A stretch of 64,000 nt of DNA from NCBI RefSeq assembly GCF_009914755.1, contig NC_060946.1, one strand, 5' to 3'. The DNA comes from the human T2T-CHM13v2.0 reference genome, Homo sapiens. A program made the position numbers and the translations under genes. Within the stretch, counting starts at the first letter, position 1, and every line of letters starts with the position of its first letter. The notes under the pieces are model-generated. The model had not been told where the DNA came from and did not search any database. It worked only from the letters and a program-made list of their open reading frames with translations. Below are positions 53,220 to 64,000 of the stretch, in pieces.

Positions 53220-54084
53220 CCTACACAGACTCTAGACAAGCTTTTATTAATTACTATGGCTTTAGATACCATTTATATGCATATGACTCCTACAGACCTC
53301 TCCTCCCAAGCTCCAAAACATTATGTGCACCTGCCATCTTGAAATCTCCCCTTGGATTTTCACAGGCATTCCTAAAATCAGATTTCAAAACTCTTGAGTT
53401 CTGCCCCCACATCTATGCCACTTCCTCAATCATTTCTCTTTTGTTAGTTTATTTCTTTTTCGGCCCTACCATTCTTCATAAAAATTATCTCCATTTACCC
53501 ATTTGCTTCTTCCAGAAAGCATCATCATCCTTGATGCTTTCTTCTTCCTGCAACCCCCCTACCATCACAACTTGCAACCAAGTACTGTTATTTCACCTTC
53601 AAAATATGTGCTAAAATTATCCGCTTCTGTCATCTGCATCTTTCACCTGGTGTGCAAACATATACTCCTCTTCCCAACTTTTTGCCTCTCCAATACCTTC
53701 TCTATGGCACACCCAGAGAGGTTTTTCAAAAATTTCAATTAGATCATGTCTCTCCTTCGTTTAAAAATCTTTAATGATTTTCTACCCACGAAATAATTCT
53801 GCTAGTCTGCAAGCTCTACAGATGCAAGGACTAGGTTTGCCTTATTTATTTCTGTTTATGCAGAGCTTAGCCTTGCATTTAGTAGGAATTTAACACATTG
53901 ACCTAGATCTTGTCCACCTTCTCAGCCTCACCTCTCATGGAAGCACTCATAGACCTCAGTCCAGTTACTCTTTTCTCAGATCCCTGAGCTGGCCTGGTAC
54001 AGGGCTGCCTTGGCTGTGATGCGTTCACTCCTGATTTGTTGGCTGGTATCTGCTTATATTCTTGCTACTGTAACTGATGTCCAA

Positions 54085-54218
54085 GGCAGTCACATAGGCA
54101 TCCCTGGGAGCTTGCTAGAGCTCAGGCACCACCCTAGATACAATGAATCAGAATCTGCATGTTGACAAGGTCCCCAGGTGGTTCATATGCACATTCAAGT
54201 TTAAGGTGCTTTGCTCTG
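54085..54218. mobile_element. MER5A-like fragment
   Basis: tgaatcagaatctgcatgttgacaaggtccccaggtggttcatatgcacattcaagttt. Confidence 0.75.
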
Positions 54219-54669
54219 GATCCCAGCCTGAGTGTTAATTCTTTAAAGAGACATTTCCCAACTGGTCAAATCTTATTAAGTCATGTGATGGATTCACCCA
54301 CATGGTCTGTGATACAGAAGGGAAATGGAGTTGAGGCCTATTGATCAGAAGCTGCTCACTTTAGAGTTTTACCTAAGGGTGATCCTATCAAAAGTTCTGG
54401 ATTTTGTAGAGAAGCATACAAAGTATGTGAATAGTTTGATTTGAGCAAACTGAAAATTGCCAGTTTCCTTTGCTTTAACCAATGTTTGCTTTCCCTCTGA
54501 AAATCCCTTGTTACAGGACATTAGTTTTAGTTTGCCACATTATGACACGATGGGAATAGTGCACAGCAGTGATCCTCAGTTGGTTTGGGTTTTCAATAGA
54601 TAATTGATCCATGGTTGTGGCATGCATTGTAGCATGTCCAACTAGAATACCTATTCTTTCAATTACTTT

Positions 54670-54717
54670 CATTACTTTCAATGGCAAAACCACAATTACT
54701 TTTGCACTAACCTGATA
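54670..54717. mobile_element. Half MADE1 (Hsmar1-derived MITE)
   Basis: cattactttcaatggcaaaaccacaattacttttgcactaacctgata equals one mariner TIR plus spacer. Confidence 0.75.
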
Positions 54718-55165
54718 GCTTTGCTACAAGTCAGTTGTTCAGTTTTCTTTTTTTGTTGTTGTTTGTTTTTATTTTTGCAAACACTTTAGATACTACATTG
54801 TGGATGGATTAGTTTGTGGTTCCTGGGATCTTCTGTGTATTCTGTTGAAGCTCAATAATCACATTACTGCAGACCTCCAAAATTTTACAAAGGACTGCAT
54901 AGTGAGTATTCAGCCGATTAAACCACAGCTTATTACTGTGAGAAGAAAGAAAGCACACCAATTAAAAGTAAACACTGTTTAAACCTATCTCAATGAATTT
55001 CTAAAGTGTCATACATTTATTATATTCTCTACTTGTAATATATTTTGTTGTGTGTATTACCAAGTATTTCAGGATTTTATGGGTATAATGTATTCTATTA
55101 ATTTAACTGGAAACCTTGTAGTTATTCAACAAGCAAACTAAAAGTGTTGGCAGAGACGTAATTTC

Positions 55166-58100
55166 GAAAAGAGTGTTTCAAAACTTCTCTTTCAAAAGAA
55201 AAGTTCAACTCTGTGAGTTGAGTACACACATCACAAAGTAGTTACGGAGAATTCTTCTGTCTACTTTTTATGGGAAGATATTTCCTTTTCCACCATAGGC
55301 CTCAAAGCATTCCAAGTTTCCACTTACAGATTCTACAAAAAGAGTGTTTCAAAACTGTTCTATGAAAGGGAATGTTCAACTCTGTGAGTTGAATGCAAAC
55401 TTCATAAAGAAGTTTCTGAGAATGCTTCTGTCTAGTTTTTATGTGAAGATATTCCTGTTTCCAAAGAAAGCCTCAAAGCTATCCAAATATCCACTTGCAG
55501 ATTCTACAAAAAGAGTGTTTCAAAACTGCTGTATCAAAAGAATGGTTCCCTTCTGTCAGTTGACTACACACATCACAAAGGAGTTTCTGAGAATGTTTCT
55601 GTCTAGTTTTTATGTGAAGATATTTCCTTTTTCACCATAGGCCTCGAAGCACTCCTAATGTCCACTTCCAGATACTACAAAAAGAGTGTTTCAGAACTGC
55701 TCTATCAAAAGAAAGGTTCAACTCGGTGAGTTGAATGCACACATCACAACGAAGTTTCTGAGAATGTTTCTCTCTAGTTTTTATGTGAAGATATTCCCGT
55801 TTACATGGAAGGCCTCAAAGCAGGTTAAACATCCACTTGCAGATTCTACGAAAAGAGTGTTTCAAAACTTCTCTTTCAAAAGAAAAGTTCAACTCTGTGA
55901 GTTGAGCACACACATCACAAAGTAGTTACTGAGAATTCTTCTGTCTAGTTTTTATGCAAAGATATTTCCTTTTTCACCATAGGCGTAAAAGTGCTCCTTC
56001 AAAAATAGTGTTTCAAAACTGCTCTATGAAAAGAAATGTTCAACTCTGTGAGTTGAATGCAAACTTCATAAAGAAGTTTCTGAGAATGCTTCTGTCTAGT
56101 TTTTATATGAAGATATTCCCGTTTCCAAAGAAAGACTCAAAGCTATCCAAATAACCACTTGCAGATTCTACAAAAAGAGTGATTCAAAACTGCTGTATCA
56201 AAAGAAAGGTTCAACTCCGTGAGTTGACTACACACATCACAAAGAAGTTTCTGAGAATGCTTCTGTCTAGTTTTTATATGAGGATATTTCCTTTTTCACC
56301 TTAGGCCTCAAAGCGCTCCAAATGCCCATTTCCAGATACTACCAAAAGAGTGTTTCAAAACTGCTTTATGAAAGGGAATGTTCAACTCTGTGAGTTGAAT
56401 GCAAACATCACAAAAAAACTTCCTGAGAATGCTTCTGTCTAGTTTTTATGTGAAGATATTCCCGTTTCCAACGAAGGAATCAAAGCAGGCTTAATATCCA
56501 CTTGCAGATTCTAAGAAAAGAGTGTTTCAAAACTTCTCTTTCAAAAGAAAATTTCAACTCCGTGAGTTGAGTACACACATAACAAAGTAGTTTCTGAGAA
56601 TACTTCTGTCTAGTTTTTATGGGAAGATATTTCCTTTTTCACCATAGGCCTCAAAGCGCTCCAAGTTTCCACTTACAGATTCTGCAAAAAGAGTGTTTCA
56701 AAATTGCTCAATGAAAGGAATGTTCAACTCTGTGAGTTGAATGCAAACTTCATAAAGAAGTTTCTGAGAATGCTTCTGTCTAGTTTTTATGTGAAGATAT
56801 TCCCGTTCCCAATGAAAGCCTCAAAGCTATCCAAATAACCACCTGCAGATTCTACAAAACGAGTGTTACAAACTGCTGTATCAAAAGAAAGGTTCAGCTC
56901 TGTGAGTTGACTACACACATCACAAAGAAGTTTCAGAGAATGCTTCTGTCTAGTTTTTATGTGAGGATATTTCCTCTTTCACCGCAGGCCTCGAAGCACT
57001 CCAAATGTGCACTTCCAGATACTACAAAAAGAGTGTTTCAGAACTGCTCTATCAAAAGAAAGGTTCAACTCTATGAGTTGAATGCACACATCACAACGAA
57101 GTTTCTGAGAATGTTTCTGACTAGTTTTTATGTGAAGATTTTCCCGTTTTCAACAAAGGTCTCAAAGCAGGGTAAATATCCACTTGCAGATTCTATGAAA
57201 AGAGTGTTTCAAAACTTCTCTTTCAAGAGAAAAGTTCAAGTCTGTGAGTTGAGTACACACATCACAAAGTGGTAACTGAGAATTCTTCTGTCTAGTTTTT
57301 ATGGGAAGATATTTCCTTTTTCACCTTAGGCCTAAAAGCGCTCCATATTTCCAATTACAGATCCTAGAAAAAGAGTGTTTAAAAACTGCTCTATGAAAGG
57401 GAATGTTCAACTCTGTGAGTTGAATGCAAACTTCATAAAGAAGTTTCTGAGAATGCTTCTGTCTAGTTTTTATGTGAAGATATTCCCATTTCGAAAGAAA
57501 GCCTCAAAGCTACTCAAATAACCATTTGCAGATCCTACAAAAAGAGTGTTTCAAAACTGCTTTATCAAAAGAAAGGTTCAACTCTGTGAGTTGACTACAC
57601 ACATCACAAAGAAGTTTCTGAGAATGCTTCTGTCTAGTTTTTATGTGAGGATATTTCCTTTTTCACCATAGGCCTCAAAGCGCTCCAAATGTCCATTTCC
57701 AGATACTACCAAAAGAGTGTTTCAAAACTGCTGTATGAAAGGGAATGTTCAACTCTGTGAGTTGAATGCAAACATCACAAAGAAGTTCCTGAAAATGCTT
57801 CCGTCTAGTTTTTACATGAAGATATTCCCGTTTCCAACGAAGGCCACAAAGCAGGCTAATTATCCACTTGCAGAGTCTACGAAAAGAGTGTTTCAAAAGT
57901 TCTCTTTCAAAAGAAAAGTTCAACTCTGTGAGTTGAGTACACACATCACAAAGTACTTTCTGAGAATTCTTCTGTCTAGTTTTTGTGGGAAGATATTTCC
58001 TTTTTCACCAGAGACCTCAAAGCACTCCGAGTTTCCACTTACACATTCTACAAAAAGAGTGTTTCAAAACTGTTCTATGAAAAGGAATTTTCAATTTTGT

Positions 58101-61100
58101 GGGTTGAATGCAATCATCACAAAGAAGTTTCTGAGAATGCTTCTGTCTAGTTGTTACTTGAACATATTTCCGTTTCCAATGAAAGAATCAAAGCTATCCA
58201 TATATACACTTGCAGATTCTATAAAAAGAGTGTTACAAAACTGCTGTATCTAAAGAAAGCTTCAACTCTATGAGTTCAGTACACACAGCAGAAATAAGTT
58301 TCTGATCATGCCTCTGTCTAGTTTTCAGGTGAAGATATTTCCTTTTTCACCATTGGCCTCAAAGTGCAGCAAATGTCCACTTCCAGATACTACAAAAAGT
58401 GTGTTTCAAAACTGCTGTATGAAAAGGAATGTTCAACTCTGAGTTGACTGCAAGCATCACAAAGAAGTTTCTGAGAATGCTTCTGTCTACTTTTTATGGG
58501 AAGATATTCCTGTTGCCAATGAAATCCTCAAAGCTATCCAAATATCCACTTGCACATTCTACAAAAACAGTGTTTCAAAACTGCTCTATCAAAAGAAAGG
58601 TTCAACTGTGTTAGTTGAGTACACACATCACAAACAAGTTTCTGAGAATGCTTCTGTCTAGTTTTTATGGGAAGATATTTCCTTTTTCACCATAGGCCAC
58701 AAAGCGCTATAAATGTCCACTTCCAGATACTACAAAAAGAGTGTTGAAAACTGCTCTATGAAAGGGAATGTTCAACACTGTGACTTGAATGCAGAAATCA
58801 CAAAGAACTTTCTGAGAATGCTTCTGTCTACTTTTTATATGAAGATATTCCCGTTTCCAATGAAATCCTCAAAGCTATCCAAATATCCACTTGCAGATTC
58901 CACAAAAAGAGTGTTTCAAAACTGCTTTATGAAAATAAAGGTTCAACTCTGTTAGTTGAGTACACACATCACAAACAAGTTGCTGAGAATACTTCTTTCT
59001 AGTTTTTATGGGAAGATATTCCCGTTTCCAACGAAATCCTCAAAGCTATCCAAATATGCACTTGCAGAGTCCACAAAAAGAGGGATTCCAATCTGATTTA
59101 TGAGAAGGAAAGTTCAACTCTGTGAGTTGAGTACCCACACCACAAAGTAGTTTCAGAGAATGCTTCTGTCTAGTGTTTATGTGAAGACATTTCCGATTAC
59201 AGCAAAATCATCAAAGCTATCCAAATATGCACTTGCAGACTCTACAAAAAGAGGGTTTCAAATCTGGTCTTTGAGAAGAAAAGTTCAACTCTGTGAGTTG
59301 AGTACACACATCACAATGAAGTTTCAGAGAATGCTTCTGTCTAGTTTTTATGTGAAGATATTCCCGTTTCCAGTGAAATCCTCAAAGCTAGCTAACTATC
59401 CACTTGCAGACTCTACAGAAAGAGTCATTCAAAACTGCTCTACCAAAAGAAAAGTTCAAATCTGTGAGTTGAGTACACACATCACAAAATATTTTCTGTG
59501 AATACTTCTGTCTAGTTTTTATGGGAAGATATTTCCTTTTTCACCATAGGCTTCAAAGCGCTCCAAGTGTCCACTTCCAGGTAATACAAAAAGAGTGTGT
59601 CAAAATTGCTCTATCAAAAGAAATGTTCAACTCTGTGAGTTGAATGCAAGCATCACAACCACGTTTCTGAGGATATTTCTGTCTAGTGTTTATGTGAAGA
59701 TACACCGGTTACCAGGGAAGGCCTAAAAGCTGTCCAGATATCCACTTGCAAATTCTACAAAAGGAGTGTTTCAAAACTGCTCAATCAAAAGAAAGGTTCA
59801 ACTCTGTTAGTTGAGTACACACATCACAAACAAGTTTCTGAGAATGCTTCTGTCTAGTTTTTATGGGAAGATATTTCCTTTCTCACCATAGGCCTAAAAG
59901 CGCTCCAAAAGTCCAATTCCAGCTACTACAAAAAGAGTGTTTCAAACCTACTCTATGAAAATGAATGTTCAACTCTGTGACTTGAATGCAAACATCACAA
60001 AGAAGTTTCTGAGAATGCTTCTGTCTACTTTTTATCTGAAGATATACCCGTTTCCAACGAAATACACAAAGCTATCCAAATATCCACTTGCAGATCCTAC
60101 AAAAAGAGTGTTTCAACACTGCTCTATCAAAAGAAAGGATCAACTCTGTCAGTGGAGTACACACATCACAAACAAGTTTCTGAGAATGCTTCTGTCTAGT
60201 TTTTATGGGAAGAGAATTCATTTTTTCACCATAGGCCACAAGGTGCATAAAATGTCCACTTCCAGACACTAGAAAAAGAGTTTTTCAAACCTGCTCTATG
60301 AAAGGGAAAGTTCAACTCCGTGACGTCAACGCAAACATCACAAAGAAGTTTCTGAGAATGCCTCTGTCTACTTTTTATGAAGTTATTCCCGTTTCCAACG
60401 AAATCCTCAAAGCTATAAAAATATCCACTTGTAGATTCTACAAAGGATTGTTTCAATGCTGCTCTATCAAAAGAAAGGTTCAACTCTGTTAGTTGAGTAC
60501 ACACATCACAAACCAGTTTCTGAGAATGCTTGTGTCTAGTTTTCATGGGAAGATATTCCCTTTCTCTCCATAGGACTCAAAGCGCACAAAATGTCCACTC
60601 CCAGATACTACAAAAAGAGTGTTTCAAACCTGCTCTGTGAAAGGGAATGTTCAAGTCACTGACTTGAATGCAAACATCACAAAGATGTTTCTCAGAATCA
60701 AACTGTCTAGATTTTATATGAAGATATACCCATTGCCAACGAAATCCTCAAACCTATCCAAATATCCACTTGCAGATTCTACAAAAAGAGTGTTTCAAAA
60801 CTGCTCTATCAAAAGAAACGTTCAACTCTCTTAGTTGAGTACACATATCGTGAACAAGTTTCTTAGAATGCTTCTGTTTAGTTTTTATGGGAAGATATAT
60901 CCTTTTTCACCAAAGGCCACAAAGCGCTCCAACTGTCCACTTCCACATACTACAAAAACAGTGTTTCAAACCTTCTCTATAAAAGGGAATGTTCAACCCT
61001 GTGACTTGAATGCAAACATCACAAAGATGTTTCTGAGAATGCTTCTGTCTAGTTTTTATATGAAGATAATCCTGTTTCCAATGAAATCCTCAAAGCTATC

Positions 61101-63102
61101 TAAATATCCACTTGCAGATTCTACAAAAAGAGTGTTTCAAAACTGCTCTATCAAAAGAAAGTTTCAACTCTGTTAGTTGAGTACACACATCACAAACAAG
61201 TTTCTGAGAATGCTTCTGTCTAGTTTTTATGGGAAGACAATTCCTTTTTCACCAAAGGCCGCAAAGCACTCGAAATGTCCACTTCCAGATACTACAAAAA
61301 GAGTGTTTCAAACCTCCTCTATGAAAGGGAATATTCAACTCTGTGACTTCAATGTAAACATCACAAAGAAATTTCTCAGTATGCTTCTATCTCCTTTTTA
61401 TGTGAAGATATTCCCGTTTCCAATGAAATCCTCAAAGCTATCCAAATATCCACTTGCAGGTACTACAAAAAGAGTGTTTCCTAACTCCTCTATCAAAAGA
61501 AATGTTCAACTCTGTTAGTTGAGTACACACATCACAAAGAAGTTTCTGAGAATGCTTCTGTCTAGTTTTTATGGGAATATATTTCCTTTTTGAATATAGG
61601 CCTCAAACCGCTCCAAATGTCCACTTCCAGATACTACAAAAAGAGTGTTTCAAACCTGCTCTATGAAAGTGAATTTTCAACTCTGTGACTTGAATGCAAT
61701 CATCACAAACTTGTTTCTTAGAATGCTTCTGTCTACATTTATATGAAGATATTCCCGTTTCCAACGAAATACACAAAGCTATCCAAATACCCACTTCCAG
61801 ATTCTTCAAAAAGAGTGTTCATTACTGTTCTATCAAAAGAAACGTTCAACTCTGTTAGTTGAGTACACACATCACAAACAAGTTTCTGAGAATGCTTCTG
61901 TCTAGTTTTTATGGGAAGATATTTGCTTTTTCACCAGAGGCCTCAAAGCACTCCAAATGTCCACTTCTAGATAATACAAAAAAAGTGTCTCCAACCTCCT
62001 CTATGAAAGGGAATTTTCAACTCTGTGACTTGAATGCAAACATCACTAAGAAGTTTCTGAGAATGCTTCTGTCTAGATTTTATATGAAGATATTCTCCTT
62101 TCCAACGAAATCCTCAAATCTATCCAAATATCCTCTTGCAGATTATACAAAAAGAGTGTTTCACAACTGCTCTATCAAAAGAAAGGTTCAACTTTGTTAG
62201 TTGAGTACACACATCACAAAGAGGTTTCTGAGAATGCTTCTGTCTAGTTTTTATGGGAAGATAATTCCGTTTTCACCATAGGCCTCAAAGCACTCCAAAT
62301 GTCCACTTGCAGATACTACAAAAAGAGTGTCTCAAACCCGCTCTATGAAAGGGAATGTTCAAATCCGTGACTTGAATACAAACATCACAAAGGAGTTTCT
62401 GAGAATGATTCTGTGTACTTTTTACATGAAAATATTCCCGTTTCCAACGAAATCCTCAAAGCTATCCAAATATCCTCTTGCAGATTCTACAAAAAGAGTG
62501 TTTCAAAACTCTGCTATCAAAAGAAAGTTTAAACTCTGTTAGTTGAGTACACACATTACAAACAAGTTTCTGAAAATGTTTCTTTCTAGTTTTTATGGGA
62601 AGATATTTCCTTTTTTACTATAGGCCTCAAAGCGCTCCAAATGTCCACTTCCAGATACTACAAAAAGAGTGCTTCAAACCTGCTCTATGAAAGCGAATGC
62701 TCAACTCTGTGACTTGAATGCAAACATCACAAAGAAGTATCTGAGAATGCTTCTGTCTACTTTTTATATGGAGATATTCCCGTTTCCAATGAAATCCTCA
62801 AAGGTATCCAAATATCCACTTGCAGATTCTACAGAAAGATTTTTTCAAAACTGCTCTATCAAAAGAAAGGTTCACCTCTGTTAATTGAGTACACACATCA
62901 CAAACAAGTTTCTGAGAATGCTTCTGTCTAGTTTTTATGGGAAAATATTTCCTTTTTCACCATAGACCTCAACGTGCTCCAAATGTCCACTTCCAGATAC
63001 TACAAAAGGAGTGTTTCAAACCTGCTCTATGAAAGGGAATGCTCAACTCTGTGAATTGAATGCCAACATCACAAAGAAGTTTCTGAGAATGCTGCTGTCT
63101 AC
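55166..63102 (-). repeat. Alpha satellite, ~46 monomers of ~171 bp, divergent higher-order structure
   Basis: 171-bp periodicity of aaaagagtgtttcaaaac / ttctgagaatgcttctgtctag; A-type boxes (tttcctttttcaccata, pJalpha) alternate with B-type boxes (tcccgtttccaacgaa, CENP-B). Confidence 0.99.
56460..62452 (-). other. Seven intact CENP-B box cores starting at 56460, 57826, 59020, 60046, 60387, 61753, 62436
   Basis: Each matches NCCCGNNTNNNNCGAAN, the reverse complement of NTTCGNNNNANNCGGGN. Confidence 0.9.
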
Positions 63103-64000
63103 TTTTTTTTTCTTTTTTTTAATTATACTTTAAGTTTTAGGGTACATGTGCCCATTGTGCAGGTTAGTTACATATGTATACATGTGCCATGCTGGTGCAC
63201 TGCACCCACTAACTCATCATCTAGAATGAGGTATATTTCCTAGTGCTATCCCTCCCCCCTCCCCCCACCCTACAACAGTCCGCAGAGTGTGTTGTTCCCC
63301 TTCCTGTGTCCATGTGATCTCATTGTTCAATTCCCACCTATGAGTGACAATATGCGGTGTTTGGTTTTTTGTTCTTGTGACAGTATACTGAGAATGGTGT
63401 TTTCCAGTTTCATCCATGTCCCTACAAAGGACATGAACTCATCATTTTTTATGGCTGCATAGTATTCCATGGTGTATATGTGCCACATTTTCTTAATCCA
63501 GTCTATCATTGTTGGACATTTGGGTTGGTTCCAAGTCTTTGCTCTTGTGAATAATGCCGCAATAAACATACGTCTACGTGTGTCTTTATAGCAGCATGAT
63601 TTATAGTCCTTTGGGTATATACCCAGTAATGGGATGGCTGGGTCAAATGGTATTTCCAGTTCTAGATCCCTGAGGAATTGCCACACTGACTTCCACAATG
63701 GTTGAACTAGTTTACAGTCCCACCAACAGTGTAAAAGTGTTCCTATTTCTCCACATCCTCTCCAGCACCTGTTGTTTCCTGACTTTTTAATGATTGCCAT
63801 TCTAACTGGTGTGAGATGGTATCTCATTGTGGTTTTGATTTGCATTTCTCTGATGGCCAGTGATGATGAGCATTTTTTCATGCGTTTTTTGGCTGCATAA
63901 ATGTCTCCTTTTGAGAAGTGTCTGTTCATGTACTTCGCCCACTTTTTGATGGGGTTGTTTGTTTTTTTTCTTGTAAATTTGTTTGAGTTTATTGTAGATT
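63103..64000 (-). mobile_element. L1PA2/L1PA3-like 3' end inserted in alpha satellite (continues past window)
   Basis: Poly(T), 3'UTR and ORF2 C-terminus (ORF 63327..63929 ends [13 protein letters not shown]); non-Ta GAG-type diagnostic (actaactc). Confidence 0.93.

Larger units (their letters stand above)
51700..53790. mobile_element. L2 fragments interrupted by MLT1B, an L1 tail and MER30
   Basis: tgaaactgcttgtgctaaggtcacc; tatggctttagataccatttatatgc; ttagatcatgtctctcc are L2-like motifs. Confidence 0.6.

Noticed and set aside
53015-53614. 199-aa ORF
   Set aside because: Runs through MER30 and L2 remnants; chance open frame.
55344-62884. Family of similar 60-178 aa ORFs (…KFLRMLLSSFY…)
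   Set aside because: By-product of 171-bp (57-codon) alpha-satellite periodicity; not genes.
55166-63102. CRISPR-like or coding repeat array
   Set aside because: Contiguous tandem monomers with no unique spacers; primate alpha satellite.
63327-63929. 200-aa ORF as a host gene
   Set aside because: It is the C-terminus of L1 ORF2; whether the element is intact cannot be judged within the window.

Overview
Primate DNA (human or great ape; Alu/L1-rich) at a pericentromeric transition. 1-16 kb: exons 1-5 of an unprocessed FRG1 paralog on the minus strand (gene continues beyond base 1). All splice sites are intact, but the initiator ATG is replaced by a short inverted templated insertion and exon 2 has a 1-nt deletion; exons 3-5 stay in frame and the CpG-island promoter is retained. 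16-55 kb: mostly old interspersed repeats (L1, MaLR LTRs, Alu, MIR, L2, hAT/Tigger elements), plus an old ~0.9-kb direct duplication that brackets an unidentified GC-rich promoter/first-exon-like segment; the second copy carries a TSD-flanked ~420-bp insertion. 55.17-63.1 kb: about 46 alpha-satellite monomers in two layers (a decayed 8-mer higher-order repeat made of two tetramers, then a 342-bp A/B dimer), with 7 intact CENP-B box cores, interrupted by an L1PA2/3-like element running off the right end. I found no intact protein-coding gene, tRNA/rRNA or CRISPR array, and I cannot support a wholly new biological system. The best leads are the FRG1-paralog lesions, the repeat-bracketed promoter-like segment and the alpha-satellite layering. 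Repeat subfamily names and FRG1/L1 comparisons come from remembered reference sequences, not from a search.
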